Part shown: positions 39,888 to 54,713 of the stretch, piece by piece
Layout of the letters: each line of letters opens with the position of its first letter
Numbering within the stretch: the stretch's first letter is position 1
Source of the DNA: Octopus vulgaris
Taxonomy: Eukaryota
DNA length: 64,000 nucleotides
Direction of reading: 5' to 3'
Assembly: GCA_951406725.2 (NCBI GenBank)
Contig: OX597822.1
Coordinates: 111,042,001-111,106,000, forward strand
Position numbers and translations under genes: made by a program
Notes under the pieces: model-generated
Told to the model about the DNA's origin: nothing
What the model saw: the letters and a program-made list of their open reading frames with translations, nothing else
The model's database searches: none

Positions 39888-39965
39888 CATACATACATGC
39901 ATACACACATACATGCATATATACAGACAGACAGACATACATATATACACATACAGGCATACGCA
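39383..39965. repeat. (CATA/TATA)n compound microsatellite
   Basis: Directly visible. Confidence 0.92.
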
Positions 39966-40637
39966 CGCAATCAGGAATATCCCACTTATTCCTCATGATA
40001 TTTGTGTGAACAAACTTTCTTTATCATAGATAGAATGGCTCCATATTAAAAGGGAAGAAAAAATGTTATAGTATGACGTTCGTTTCGATGAAGGGAGAAT
40101 TGGGATGTAAAGTTTAGAGATATACCTCCAACTGTGATCGAGATTGCAATCCATTTGCTCAATGCATTCATATTTTGCTTTGGTAGATTGAGTGATTAGC
40201 TAGGCGTTGTCTAATTATGGTTACTGCATTGTTATTAATAACGCTACCTGCATCAAAACTCACAGCTTAGTGATTATGCTGGAATGATCCTGCATAAATT
40301 TGTATATTTGATGCAAGCTTCAATGAAAAAACACTGAATATACTTATCCTAGATTTAATTATTTTATTTTTTGTGGTAAATACAGCATTTCTTAACCGAT
40401 CCAGTTTTATATGAAGCAACCTATTGATTGGAACGAACAACCGATGCACAATCACACACACATTCGTATACGCCACATCCATATGCAGGTTCGATAATAA
40501 ATATATTCTCGTGTACGTAGTATAAACCCCCTCTTGAACAAAAATATCTAATATATTGTGTATAATTAAGAATCTGTGATAGATATTTGCATATATCTCA
40601 TAGGCTACGAAGGCTGATATATACACATACACACATA

Positions 40638-40670
<33 letters not shown>

Positions 40671-41389
40671 TTGTATATGCATATAATCGATATACAGTAT
40701 ATGCTTTCTTATTAGTTAGATTTATGTCTATAGACATATGAATATTCACATACACACTGTGAGTATGTGGTTGTATGTATATAGCTATGTGTGCACATTT
40801 TCCAGTCCAGTCCAATACTGCGTATCTATTTTGTGCATTATGATGAAAAGACGCACCCCCAACAAAACTCAATTCCTCAAGTTGATTATGCTATTTGCAC
40901 AAAGGAAAGAGTACATTTTTAATAATCTACATTCGATCTGTGTGGTAATAGGCTTTCAGAGAAGGAGTCATGCGAGCAGTTACGACTGCAGGTTTGAACA
41001 TGTTACACTGCATATATCGATTTCTTTTCAACTTGCTGAAGCATATTTAGATATTTATGCAACTCAAATCAGCTAACTAGCATTCTCAACAAAAAAAATT
41101 TCTCAGGCATTGACGTATAGCTAAGAATTTCGCTTCGGATCCACAAGGATCCATAGGGATCCACCTTCGATCCCGATTCTTGCTGTCTTCAGAAAGTGAT
41201 TTCTCCTGTATTGTCAGATTGTCTAAGGCTTTGTGTTTGAAAATTGTGAGACTGATTGCTTGCAAAAACTGATGCTGTGTGTGTGTGAGTGAGTGAGTGT
41301 CTCAATCTGTCTATCCATTGACACACACACTTACACAAAGATATATATATATATATATATATGTATTATTATTATTATTATTATTTCTA

Positions 41390-41687
41390 TTGTATTTTGT
41401 ATTTATATTTGTGCAACATCGTCTGTTTTTTCCGTCCTTGTTTTCGTATACAACTGATGCTTTCTTCCGAGGAGTCTAATGCTCTTAGCTTAGTTTTTCC
41501 TTGGCCAGATTGGAGCAATCTCGAGATTAATCAGCCGAAATTGCGAGGATGATCCGGTTCTTCACTGAGGATAGAAAGCTTCGAATGACCCGTCTTTGTT
41601 TTTTCTGCATCGTCTATCTGGATGTGTTGTTGTCCCCTTTCTGTATGACCTAGTTGTCTGAATGTTTTGCGTTCTTATCCCATTTTG

Positions 41688-41692
<5 letters not shown>
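41390..41692. mobile_element. Unclassified interspersed insertion bounded by (TAT)n and (TA)n
   Basis: A GC-richer island between microsatellites; family not assignable. Confidence 0.3.
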
Positions 41693-41738
<46 letters not shown>

Positions 41739-41938
41739 TATAAATTAGGGTATCTACGAGATACCACCATGCTGAAAATAACAGCCATGAACCGACTCTA
41801 AAACCACCTTAAGTTTTCATATAGCAACATGGAGAAAAGACAAAGAGACAAGATGAAACTAGTAAAAAATTACTGGATTTTTCTAGATCCCGGATTTCTG
41901 ACTTTGCATTTAGAAATGCTTTGCCTCGTTTAAATTTG

Positions 41939-41991
<53 letters not shown>

Positions 41992-42404
41992 TAGATTGGT
42001 GTGCCCCCTGTATGTATCATATTTCGTATATTTTCATATTTATATCTGTGTTTATAAACATAGCAGTAGCTACTCGATTTTATTTACTTATTTCTGCTTT
42101 CATTTATGCAAATTAAGGATGCCATAAATGTGTTGTATTCTTTTTCTGTAAAAGTCTAAGTGCCTTGTTTTGTTGAATATAATTCATCTGCTTTTTTTAT
42201 TTAATGACATGGTGAATACTTGACTTTTAATATTATATCGCCTTTTCATCTGGAGTTAGTACGAAATACATCCTGGCCATTGCTCTACCTGCTCTGAAAC
42301 TAGGTTTGATTTTAACGAATCAAGAACTCATCTTGTATGACTTATTCGCCTTCGTTCTTCAAATCCTTCCTACTGGCCACTCTCAGTTATTGTGTTATAT
42401 AATT

Positions 42405-42816
<412 letters not shown>

Positions 42817-43011
42817 ATGTGTATACATGTGTATTTGTTTATGTGTGTGCTTGTGTGTACGCGCGCGTATGTATCTGACTGCATTATGCACATTCCACTA
42901 TATTTTGTAGCAGAGTTTCGGCCCACGAAATTCATGTGTACTCAAATATGTAAACACACATACACATACAAGCAAGCACACACATCTACATAGAGAAATT
43001 ATTCTGCATTA

Positions 43012-43067
43012 TTATCTATCTATCTATCTACCTACCTACCTACCTACCTATCTACCTACCTACCTAC

Positions 43068-43126
<59 letters not shown>

Positions 43127-43147
43127 CCTACCTACCTATCTACCTAC

Positions 43148-43189
<42 letters not shown>

Positions 43190-43265
43190 GTCTGTTTGTC
43201 TGTCTCTCTCTGTGTCTGTCTGTGTCTCTATCTATCTATCTAACTATCTATCTATCTATCTATCC
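43012..43265. repeat. (TATC)n/(TACC)n microsatellite
   Basis: Directly visible. Confidence 0.9.
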
Positions 43266-44246
43266 TTGTGTGCGTATGTTTGTCTATGTATGTGTGTATA
43301 ATATGTACGTGGATTCGTGTGTGTGCATGTGAGGAGTAAATAGCAGGGCTGTTGTAATCAACTATGAGAAGGCGTTGCCCCAGCTTGGCCGCAATCCAAT
43401 GACTGACACCACTAAAACTACACAACAATTTGCTCAGAAATAAAAACTCCTGTATTCCATTTTTCTCTGAAAATTTTGGATGCATTTACAAACTTTTAAC
43501 AAACTGGCAATCGAGTTTTGGTTTGAAATGTCGCAGTGCTGTTGCGACGGTCTAGAGACTCAATGGTATGTATTGCTTTGCTCCAGTGTTCTCTATTCAA
43601 CTAGCATTTAAGCTAATATATTACTTCGTGTATAGATACACAATAAAATAAGTAAAAAAAAAAAAAAAATCACCATTAATCTTAATAGAATCAGTCGGAT
43701 GAAATAAGCAGCAAAGCACGCCTTCGTTTAGTAACACATGAACGAGTAAAAGTTAGTCGTTGCCTCCCACCCTCGAATCGATTGATTTTCGTTGTCTTTA
43801 TAAACACAAACATAAATCACGCATGATCCAATATTTTTGTTTCTTTACCGCGAATAGAATAAATAGTAGTAACAGGGCTCGATTCAAACCGTGTCTGACA
43901 TGGTTCTCAGCAAATAAAACAGCGTGTAATAGTAGTTAATATAGAATTTATTTTCACTTCTACAACACTACACGCCTTTTCCATTTACCTATTAAATTCA
44001 GTTCAATATTGTTCTTGTTTTACAATGCATTTGGAAATGTAGCGAAACATAAAAATTCATTGAATATGGTTTACAGGGTACCTTATACATAGGGGACATA
44101 TGTGCTGGTTTCAATATGTGATTAAAGCCATACGCAAGCTCATCAAATCATTACAGTTTATGCATCGTAGAGACGTGTTTACGGAGATATACTTGCATAG
44201 CAAGTGACTTGATCCGAGATCGTGTGCTAAAACAAGAACAATTGCA

Positions 44247-44507
<261 letters not shown>

Positions 44508-44804
44508 GCGTATTTCCGTATTTCTAGCATACATAAATTATTGCATTTTGTATCACTGATGTTTCACTTTGCAGAAGTCTAACCAAATATTTAAAAGACG
44601 TATCCATCGATATCGAATGTAACAGAGTAATCATCTCTTGCAGAATATACTTCACTAAAAAAGTTCCTCCGATTATTGCCTTTGGCTGCATGAAGCTTAA
44701 ACTTATGAAAAAGTAGCCATCTTTAATAAATATATTAAAATATATTTATTTATTCTCAGAAAGGTAAAGATTACTCGTTACTTTTTTCCGGAAACCGCCT
44801 ACAT

Positions 44805-44841
<37 letters not shown>

Positions 44842-44878
44842 ATCTCTCTCTATCACTCTCTCTGTCTAACTCTCTCTG

Positions 44879-44930
<52 letters not shown>

Positions 44931-45324
44931 CCTATCTATCAAGTTATACATACATTCTCATGCGAGTGTGTATGTAATGTTTGTGTGCAATGTTTGTGTG
45001 TGATGTTTGTATATGTGTGTCTGTGCATGTCCGAATGTATACATGACAGATTCTTCCCTAACCAAACTGCAGTACGTTAACGGCTGGGGCGCAAGTATAG
45101 TTTGTATACACCACCATCTCGGCTGTTGATCTATATCTTGTGTTCAGAATTTGGTTGACTCCAAAGAAAAAAAAAGTGGGGAAAAGAAAATTTAGAATCA
45201 TGTCATGAAAATAGACTTGCCCTGCATTTCTGTAGCAGAAAGTAATAGGCAATGCAACACATTCTATGTTCCTTGTGATCGACATAACAATGAGAGATAT
45301 AGTCACATACTCTAGTCGTCTCAG

Positions 45325-45377
<53 letters not shown>

Positions 45378-46120
45378 ATATACACTTATATTTCACCGTG
45401 CCCATTTCTATGCATAAGACTTCGTTATTCAATCGTTCAAAAACCCCGAAACTAACTGTTCGCAAATTGCGACATCACATATAAAATATGAAATATATAA
45501 ATTACCTACTGACTTTTTACGAATAATTTGAATATATTAGGTATTTTAAGAAATCAATATTAAATATAAAAGAGATATATATTTCCCTATTTTTTGACCT
45601 GTTAAAATGTTTCTAGTAAATCTTAATTGATCGCGAGTTCAACATGAGATCAATGAACAAAGGACATATTTATATTTGTTTTGTTTTCTTTCTTGAATCT
45701 CAGCATATTCTTTGTTTACATACTACTAACTTCACCAGAATTGCTTATTCCCTCTTCTGATAATTTTCACATTAAGAATTGGCACATATTTCAATAAATC
45801 ACAAGAAGAGTCGTCTTTAGCATTACAAATATATAACGACTTGAATTAAGTTACAATCAAACGAAAAAATGGTTTCCTTATTAGATATGCAGTTAACATT
45901 TCTCTTAATGGTAAGGGACTAGAAATATCTTTCTTTCTTTCTTTCTTTCTCTCCCTCTCTATCTTTCTCTCTCTCCCTTATACAGACATATATATATAAA
46001 TATATATATATATTTATATATATATACATACATACACACACACATATATATATGCACATGCATACATATATACACTTATAAATATATATAAATATATATG
46101 TGTGTGTGTGTGTGTATAAT

Positions 46121-46452
46121 GGCACAGGCGTTGTTGTATGGTAAGGGGCGTGTTTCCCAACCACATGGTTCCGAGTTCAATGTCACTAGGGCAAGCGTCT
46201 TCTACTACTGCCCAACGCCGACCAAAGTCTTGCGAGTGTATTTGGTTTTGTCTATGTTTCATGTCCACTACTGCGTGATAACCAGTGTTGGTGTGTTTAC
46301 GTCCCCTTAAGTTAGTGGTGCAGCAAAAGTGGCCGATAGAATAAATACTTGGCCTTGAAAAATAACTTCTATGGACGATTTGTTCGACTAAAACTCTTCA
46401 AGGCTGTGCACCAGCATGTCCGCAGTCAAATGACGTAAACAAATAAAAGTTA
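46121..46452 (+). mobile_element. SINE family B, old diverged copy
   Basis: ggcacaggcgttgttgtatggtaag...ccacatggttccgagttca...aaggctgtgcaccagcatgtccgcagtcaaatgac. Confidence 0.75.
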
Positions 46453-47009
46453 ACAGGTAAATTATAGTTACTTGTTTGGCACAGTGATACTTTTTTGCAT
46501 TTAGTATAGAGTTGGTTTTGACTTGATTAATTAGGTGTAATTACGATTGTTGTATGGTAGGCGGAGATGTCGAAACATGTGACTGCCTTTTATTTGCCTG
46601 TATTTCTCTTTGACTGATCGGAGATTATCGCTCTACACAGCTGCGAATGCAAAATTAGGGACGGCCTTTCGGTTCTCACAATATCTGGGGTAATTACTCC
46701 AACCGAGCATCCCCAACATTAATTTCGTACCTAAATGATATTCTCAGCTGTAGTACAATATATTATTGTATACATATACAATAATATATTGTTTGATATA
46801 TGCTTCACACACATACATACATGTATTTCATTTTATATATTTATATTTACACACACACATAGACACACATACATAACACTCACACACATCAACATGCACA
46901 CACATTTCATATCAATGCCTCTCTATATATCTACCTATATAACTATCTATCTATATTTATTTATATATACAACGGTCACCAGTCAAATTTCCCACATATT
47001 TGTATATGC

Positions 47010-47055
<46 letters not shown>

Positions 47056-47662
47056 ATATCTATATGTGCGTGCGTGAGTGTGTTTGTGTGTGCATGTATG
47101 TACGTACGTATGTATGTATGTATGTATGTATGTATGTATGTATGTATGTATGTATGTATGTATGTATGTATGTATGTATGTATTGCATAGTTGAATGGGT
47201 CGAAATCTCTCTATAATAATATTTCTTTGATTAACTGAAAATCTTATATTGAAACACTTAAAATATAAACCAGAGTTTTACAAACATAAAATAATGAAGG
47301 GGAAGAAATACAAAACAACATCAATTTTACAATATATTTACATCAAGATTCTCATGTCTCGTAATCAACACTGTTATAATCGACTTCTTTTCTTTTCATA
47401 TTTCAAAGGTGATTAATATTGAATATATCCATGTGATCCTCTCAACTGCGTCAGTAGTCGAAGTGACAAGTATCTTAATTACAAACTACGAACAATTATT
47501 GTGCGACTGTTATTCATTAACTATAGAGTAATAACTACGCCTTATCATTACTTATTTCAAAATGGTCAAGGATGATATTCTAAATAATACAAAGATGCCA
47601 TTTCCAATCCTATTGCGGAATACAACTCTCTGTCAGTAACAAAATTATTGACATGTTAATAT

Positions 47663-48070
47663 ACTCTTTTACTCTTTTACTCTTTTACTTGTTTCAGTCA
47701 TTTGACTGCGGCCATGCTGGAGCACCGCCTTTAATCGAGCAATTCGATCCCGGGACTTATTCTTTTGTAAGCCCAGTACTTATTCTATCGGTCTGTTTTG
47801 CCGAACCGCTAAGTAACGGGGACATAAACACACCAGCATCGGTTGTCAAGCAATGCTAGGGGGACAAACACAGACGCGCATACACTCATATATATATACA
47901 TATATACGACGGGCTTCTTTCAGTTTCCGTCTACCAAATCCACTCACAGGGCTTTGGTCGGCCCGAGGCTATAGTAGAAGACACTTGATCAAGGTGCCAC
48001 GCAGTGGAACTGAACCCGGAACCATGTCGTTGGTAAACAAGCTACTTACCACACAGCCACTCCTGCGCCT
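47663..48070 (-). mobile_element. SINE family B
   Basis: Full-length copy; short TSD taatat. Confidence 0.9.
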
Positions 48071-48342
48071 AATATGTTACATTTTTTCAAAAAAATTCTT
48101 TAGTTTCTATGACACGATATTTCGATTTTTGTGTCATAAATACTGGGACAGCTTCGAAATTTATCAGCTTCCTTTATTCTTATTTGTCATATAATCTCTC
48201 TGTCCTTTCTTGTTCGCAGTATATTCGAATTTGATTGTTGGTTGTATTACGATACCGAAATGTAATGACACCCGAATGGGTTTTCTCCTTCCATTAGCTG
48301 ATTTGAACAACATGTAAAGATTTTAATTGGGTCAAACTAATG

Positions 48343-48695
48343 GATGGAAGCTCTCCGTCGGTTACGACGACGAGGGTTCCGGTTGATCCGATCAACGGAA
48401 CAGCCTGCTCGTGAAATTAACGTGTATGTGGCTGAGCAGTTCTCGGGGATATTCAGCGTGACACAGAGTTAGAAGGCCGGCACTTTGAAATACAGGTACA
48501 ACAGAAACAGGAAGTAAGAGTGAGAGAAAGTTGTGGTGAAAGAGTACAGCAGGGATCACCACTATCCCTGCCGGAGCCTCGTGGAGCTTTAGGTGTTTTC
48601 GCTCAATAAACACTCACAACGCCCGGTCTGGGAATCGAAACCGCGATCCTACGACCGCGAGTTCGCTGCCCTAACCCCTGGGCCATTGCGCCTCC
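48343..48695 (-). mobile_element. SINE family A, tail type 2
   Basis: Family A head on the minus strand; perfect 14-bp TSD gggtcaaactaatg (48329-48342 / 48696-48709). Confidence 0.92.
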
Positions 48696-50045
48696 GGGTC
48701 AAACTAATGTAGCTCTAGCCATACTTTCAGCAGAAGTATCAGTAATTATTTTGTAGAACAGTTAAATATACATAGACACAAATACACACGCCCGCACCTA
48801 CCTATGGGCGCTTGCATGCACACATATGTGTTGTGTAAGTATATGAAGAACATACCTAAGAGTATAATGGTTCAATGTTCTCCATTACTCACCCCCAACT
48901 AAGGAATCCAACATGTGCCTCTGTCGTCTTCCTTTTCTATTTTATAAATAGAACTCATCTAGTATTAAACTGAATCAATAGGAAAATTATAAAAGAACCC
49001 ATACTACATCGTACATTTGCTTTACTGTTTTTTCTTTCAGATACATTCACAACCTTGAATCTAAAATAACCAGTTTTAGCCGAATATTTACTCTTCGTGA
49101 CAAAACAAAATTGATCATCACATACCTTAGTGTTCATTTACATTACTGTTACAAATCGATATTTCGAGACTACTGTTATGGGTTTTCGATGACCACTTCG
49201 TGAAATCGGTCTATATAAATAACAGCTACTTCAATTTTTGATTAAGTCAGCCATCAAGTAAAAATAAAAAGACTATTGTAGATATTTCAGATTAAACATC
49301 TTCAGAATATCGTAGGAGGTATAGGAAGGCGTGGTTTCTGCTGCGTTTGCATTAACTACAGCCAGCGTGACACTCGTCAATTATATAGCACGTCTGTTGC
49401 TTATAAACAAAGACAGTATACGTGAGTAGCGCTTATTTACAGAGAGTGTATATTCAGTTGGTGGGAAGTGTATAGAACATCACTACAGCAGAACATCGTT
49501 CAATAGTTTGTTACAATTGGGAAATTAAGGAATTCAACAGAAATATTATTTAGAAAACTTAGTAAGATCTGAACAGTTTAGTAACAGAACACCAGAAGTT
49601 ACTACAGTGGAAGAAATGGTTCACCTTCTAATTAAATGTAATGGTGCATGTATTTTGATATGATGTGCCTACGGTTTCATATTCCCCCTCATTTCTCTCG
49701 AGTCAATAGCAGAAGCAGAAGCACTATAGTAAGGGTAATGCAATCAAGATTCTCCTTAAAATTTTCTTGTAAGAAATCAATACGCAGTTTACATTCAGGA
49801 TATGGTATACTCAGAGAATTTCACATTCTGAAACAAACTTGAAACAATGCAATGGGATCAATCTAGAGAATCATTTTTGTAAGCCAATTAATGAAGATAA
49901 TTTGGAAATATTTTAATATTGCTTCATCTGAACATGTAATAATTATTCTGCTACATACATAACATCAATAATGAATTAACGTCTATCTTATATCCCAAGA
50001 CGAAGGATTTAAATACAATATCTCGCTAAGCTACCTTATAATAAA

Positions 50046-50435
50046 CTAGCAGCATCGCCCAGCGTTGATCGGGTTTGTTTCATCCCTTTAGAATTGGAAT
50101 TTTTGAAAAGTAAAAATGTTGCATTTTGTAGCTTGTTATTCTCTTTAAGTGAACATTTTTCTTCTTGAAATACACCGAAACATTGCGACACAGCAGTAAA
50201 AAAATCGTAAAAAATAGGGATTTTCATAGAAAAAAGGACCTTTTTGATGTAAATAATTTTTGCTGTTAACATGGTCTGATTTGACTTTTTTGTTCTACGG
50301 AATGAAGAGAAGCCTTCTTCTATCATACTCTTAATTTTGGTCAACTTGCGGCGCTGGGTCACGGAGGAGATAGTGTTAGTTGAAGGCTACGAAACCTGCT
50401 ATACACAGACAACTTCAGCTTTATACATATAGAGA
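50046..50435 (-). mobile_element. Complete non-autonomous Helitron (390 bp)
   Basis: Minus strand A|TCTCTATATGTATAAAGCTGAAG ... subterminal hairpin CCCGATCAACGCTGGG ... CTAG|T, with no TSD. Confidence 0.85.
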
Positions 50436-51258
50436 TGAATAATTTTGAACGTACTGTAACCTTCTGTTTTTCTATTGGTGCAATGCATTGACGATTCTTT
50501 GAATGAATTCTGTTGCAGTAGAATCACTGAAGTTACGCTCATTATGTAATGCATCTTCACCAAATTCATCTTACAGAGCCAAAACCAAGCTAAGGACATG
50601 TGGGTTAAGAAGTCTAACGTTGCTTGGATTGGTAATTTTGTCTAGTTATAGGCGTTCAACCTTTTGAAAGGGCTCCTTATCACCAGTATAGTCCGGACCT
50701 GTTATTAACTTCCGATAGTCTACCCACTAAATCATCTTCTCTCTGTTTATCTGCTTGCATTCATGTCTGTCTGTTTGTATATCTGTCCGTCTGTCTCAGT
50801 CTCAAAAGCAATATATGTCATAATATATTTGGCGAAATTAAATATCATTAGCATCAGAACATTTGACGTAATGTGTCGGACAATATTCAACAGAACTATG
50901 TTCTAAAATCTTACTAATTGATTACGTAATGAACAGCAGATTATAAACTCAAATCATGCATGGTTTTGTTATAAAGAATATCGTGAAATTTATTTAAAGT
51001 TGGCTAGTGAAGCCATTCGAAATTGTTCCATACCCGTATTGGAGAAATGACTAGAAAAGAAGTTGAAAGGTAATTAAAAGGATTAGATGTGATACACATG
51101 GCTGAAAATGTGTTGTTTTTTTTTCGAAATATATGGAGATTTTAAATCACTACATGAAAAATAATTTGGTATTTTTATTTGAATATAAAACACATTAAAC
51201 ATAACGATTTAATTACAAACAAGGATTTGTGGGTATTACAAAATGTACACGTTGTTTT

Positions 51259-51676
51259 ATATATTACTGCCCACAAGGGGCTAAACATACAGGGGACAAA
51301 CAAGGACAGACAACAGGAGTAAGTCGATTACATCGACCCCAGTGCGAAACTGGTACTTTATTTATCGACCCCGAAAGGATGAAAGGCAAAGTTGACGTCG
51401 GCGAAATTTGAACTCAGAACGTAACGGCAGGCGAAATACCTATATTTCTTTACTACCCGCAAGGAGCTAAGCACAGAGGGGGGACAAACAAGGACAGACA
51501 AAGGGATTAAGTCGACTATATCGACTCCAGTGCGTAACTGGTACATAATTTATCGACCACGAAAGGATAAAAGGCAATGTCGACCCTGGCGAAATTTGAA
51601 CTCAGAACGTAACGGCAGACGAAATACGGCTATGCATTTCGCCAGGCGTGCTAACGTTTCTGCCAGCTCGCCGCCT
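51259..51676 (-). mobile_element. SINE family C dimer
   Basis: A headed unit plus a head-less unit joined at AAGAAATATA|GGTATTTCG; 15-bp TSD tgtacacgttgtttt / tgtactcattgtttt (2 mismatches). Confidence 0.9.
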
Positions 51677-52654
51677 TGTACTCATTGTTTTGTAATTAAC
51701 ATTCGGTTTTCAAAGATATAAACAAAACAGCTTAAACACGTGGGGTATTAAAGCGCTGTTCTTGTATTTCACATCGAAAAATAATTAAATTTTTTTTTTC
51801 TGCAGATTCATATTATTTAGCAAAAATATATACGCATTGATATTTGATTTTATACTGGTGAGTATTTGATGCGTGAATTGGAAGAGTCATCAGATCGTCA
51901 GAGAATCTATTCTATGCATTATTCGTCTGAGTTCAAATTCCGCAGAGTTTAAATCTCCCTTTCATTTCTAAGGGATCAATATGATATAGGAAAAATTTAG
52001 CACTTGAGTCATTGTACTACGTCCCGGATCTTCGTGGTTTGTATTTTTAAAATATTTGACGCTTAATCCGAGTTTGTTATATTTATTCGAGAAGAATTTT
52101 GAGAAAATGTTTGAGAAAGGTGTTCATAGTTTGATCATTTTCAGAATATTCTGCCAATCAGAAAACGGCGGGTTCCCTGCCATTTTCATCATCAGGTGGG
52201 GATGATGGTGGTGATGGTGGTTGTGGTTGTGGGGCATCGGCATGTCAAGATATTGCTAGAAACAACAGTCAAAAGATTGTTTAAAACAGATATTTATTAG
52301 TTTAAAACATTCGAGAACGGTAGTTTGCAACACATTCTAAGATTTTAGGAAATAAACTAGCTGGCGTTGTGCTGTCACAGGCACACACATTGACACATAC
52401 ACACACAGAGTTGAAACGCTGTTTGACTTTTCTTTTCAGTGTTGAATGTTCAACATTCCACTTCTATTTCGCACGCGCGCGCGCACACGCACGCAAAATA
52501 TTACATACCTCCCCTTTACATACACCCACATATACTCACGCTTCCACTACCACTTTGCCATCACTCCTGCCTTTCTCATTCATATGTTGTGAAGGCGAAA
52601 AATACAAGAGTATTGTTATAGTAGAAGATTGTCTTTCTCGTATCTCCTCCTCCT

Positions 52655-52688
52655 TGTGCGCATGCACATCTTTGGTTACTATGGAAAC
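52655..52688. promoter_or_regulatory. Candidate RFX X-box plus NRF1-like site
   Basis: GTTACTATGGAAAC (52675-52688) fits GTTRCYATGGNAAC, and TGCGCATGCACA lies just upstream in unique sequence. Confidence 0.35.
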
Positions 52689-52966
52689 AGAGATTTTCGC
52701 CACGGTGATGTGTAAAATACTCGCTTCTGATTTCTTAAATTGCCCAAATGTAGCAAATTTGAATGGCTAATAACTTTTTAATTATGGATTTATAGGGAAA
52801 ATGAATTGCATTTTCATAATTAGTAAACAAAACTTAATCCATATACCAAATTTGAAAACAACTGGAACACAATTGTAAACAGTGACGAAAGCCACAAAGA
52901 TCGTATTTTCCTGAATCAAAAATTCTGGCCTTGTGCCTGAATGACAAACATTAATTATAGCGGTAT

Positions 52967-53509
52967 GTTAGTTATTTAGTTAGTTAATTTGGCTCAAAAG
53001 CAAATAGCAAGGCCATGTAGGGGGACATGGAGTTAAGTACAGGGTGGTGTTCATGTAAATAGTTCAGGCCACTTGAGGGTGGTGTTCATGTAAAGAGTTC
53101 AGGCCACTTGAGGTCAAGGGAGGCTTTGAACAAAGCGGTCGTCGGCATCTTCACCATCTCGTCTGGCAGCTTGTTCCACGGAACCGCAACCCGGACGGAG
53201 AAAGCTCCTCTCCTTCGATTGAGATGAAATCGTCGCAGGTAGAGCTTTTCGGAATGACCCCGCAGCCGACGCTCTGGAGCAGGAGTGAAGAACAGCTCTT
53301 TCGAGAGGTTACACTTTCCACTTATGATGTTGTGGGCGAGAATGAGATCACCACGGCGGCGGCGTTTTTCAAGAGAATAAAGGTCGAGCGTCCTCAGCCT
53401 TTCTTCATAGGACACATTTTTGAGACCATGAACCATGCGGGTAGCCAGCTTCTGGACTCTTTCGAGATGCTGTATATCTTTGAGGAGATAAGGAGAAGAG
53501 GCTTGAAGA
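52967..53509 (-). mobile_element. CR1-clade LINE 3' fragment (ORF2 C-terminus, 3'UTR, (AACT)n tail)
   Basis: QASSPYLLKDIQHLERVQKLATRMVHGLKNVSYEERLRTLDLYSLEKRRRRGDLI...RGHSEKL...FSVRV..WNKLP...FKASLD; a 35-bp tandem duplication at 53041-53110; possible ggtat TSD. Confidence 0.92.
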
Positions 53510-53732
53510 GGTATAAGAGAATACGTTGCGTAAGATGCAATGCAGAAAAATATTTATGCAAAATACTGTCAATATACCACTGTATATCATTTTATACATA
53601 TGCAAGCTCGCACGCACCCGTGCTGCATTCTTTTATTTAAAAGAAAGCGATGTATGAGGCATTTGGTATCTGATACTGCTCTCTGTTCTCTCAGCTTTAG
53701 ATATAAAGGGATTTGATAAACTAGTCTATAAA

Positions 53733-54183
53733 CTGGCTACCCGCATGGTTCATGGTCTCAAAAATTTGTCCTACGAAGAAAGGCTGAGGACGCTCGACCT
53801 TTATTCTCTTGAAAAACGCCGCCGCCGTGGTGATCTCATTCTCGCCCACAACGTCATAAGCGGAAAGTGTAACCTCTCGAAAGAGCTGTTCTTCACTCCT
53901 GCTCCAGAGCGTCGGCTGCGGGATCATTCCGAAAAGCTCTACCTGCGACGATTTCATCTCAATCGAAGGAGAGGAGCTTTCTCCGTCCGGGTTGCGGATC
54001 CGTGGAACAAGCTGCCAGACGAGATGGTGAAGATGCCGACGACCGCTTTGTTCAAAGCCTCCCTTGAACTCAAGTGGCCTGAACTCTTTACATAAACACC
54101 ACCCTGTACTTAACTCCATGTCCCCCTACATGGCCTTGCTATTTGCTTTTGAGCCAAATTAACTAACTAACTAACTAACTAAC
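53733..54183 (+). mobile_element. CR1-clade LINE 3' fragment, near-identical to 52967-53509
   Basis: ORF 53745-54095 encodes the same protein with few substitutions; (AACT)n tail; possible ataaa TSD. Confidence 0.92.
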
Positions 54184-54659
54184 ATAAATTAAAACTGAAC
54201 CTATACAAACAAAAAAATCAGTGACAGGCAGAGTCAGTAACAATGTATATCTTCTTGAAAATTCAGTAACTTCTAAGCTGGAGTGACACACCATATTCTT
54301 TGTCTATATCTTTGTGTATATCTTCAAGATTTTAGGTATAATTATACTGATGTGTCCATCTGTTCAAATTTAATTAAATTTTATATCTTTATGCAGCTGA
54401 ACATTGCTCTGCATTTTAGATTGATATAATGATTGCATTGTTCAAGTAAATGGAGTTGCATGAAACGATCGTACTGCATTACTTCTGGATATCCGTGTTA
54501 CTTATTTTGATTTTAATCACCTTACTTTGAAATTGTATGGATAAAACCGTACTAAATTCTGGTGCCTCATCTTAAGTACCTATTTCATCTGAATCTAAGT
54601 TCTTTGCTGAACTCATCTACCATACCCAAAGTACACACTCACACACAAACACACACACA

Positions 54660-54713
<54 letters not shown>

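Noticed and set aside
41463-41596. CCGAGGA...GAAA and CTGAGGA...GAAT hammerhead-like boxes
   Set aside because: There is no valid NUH triplet with paired stems I and III, so it is too weak to call.
49320-49570. Possible core promoter or first exon (TATA-like runs, TCAGTT, GTAAGA donor)
   Set aside because: The spacing does not fit TATA-Inr, and such short motifs are expected by chance in AT-rich DNA.
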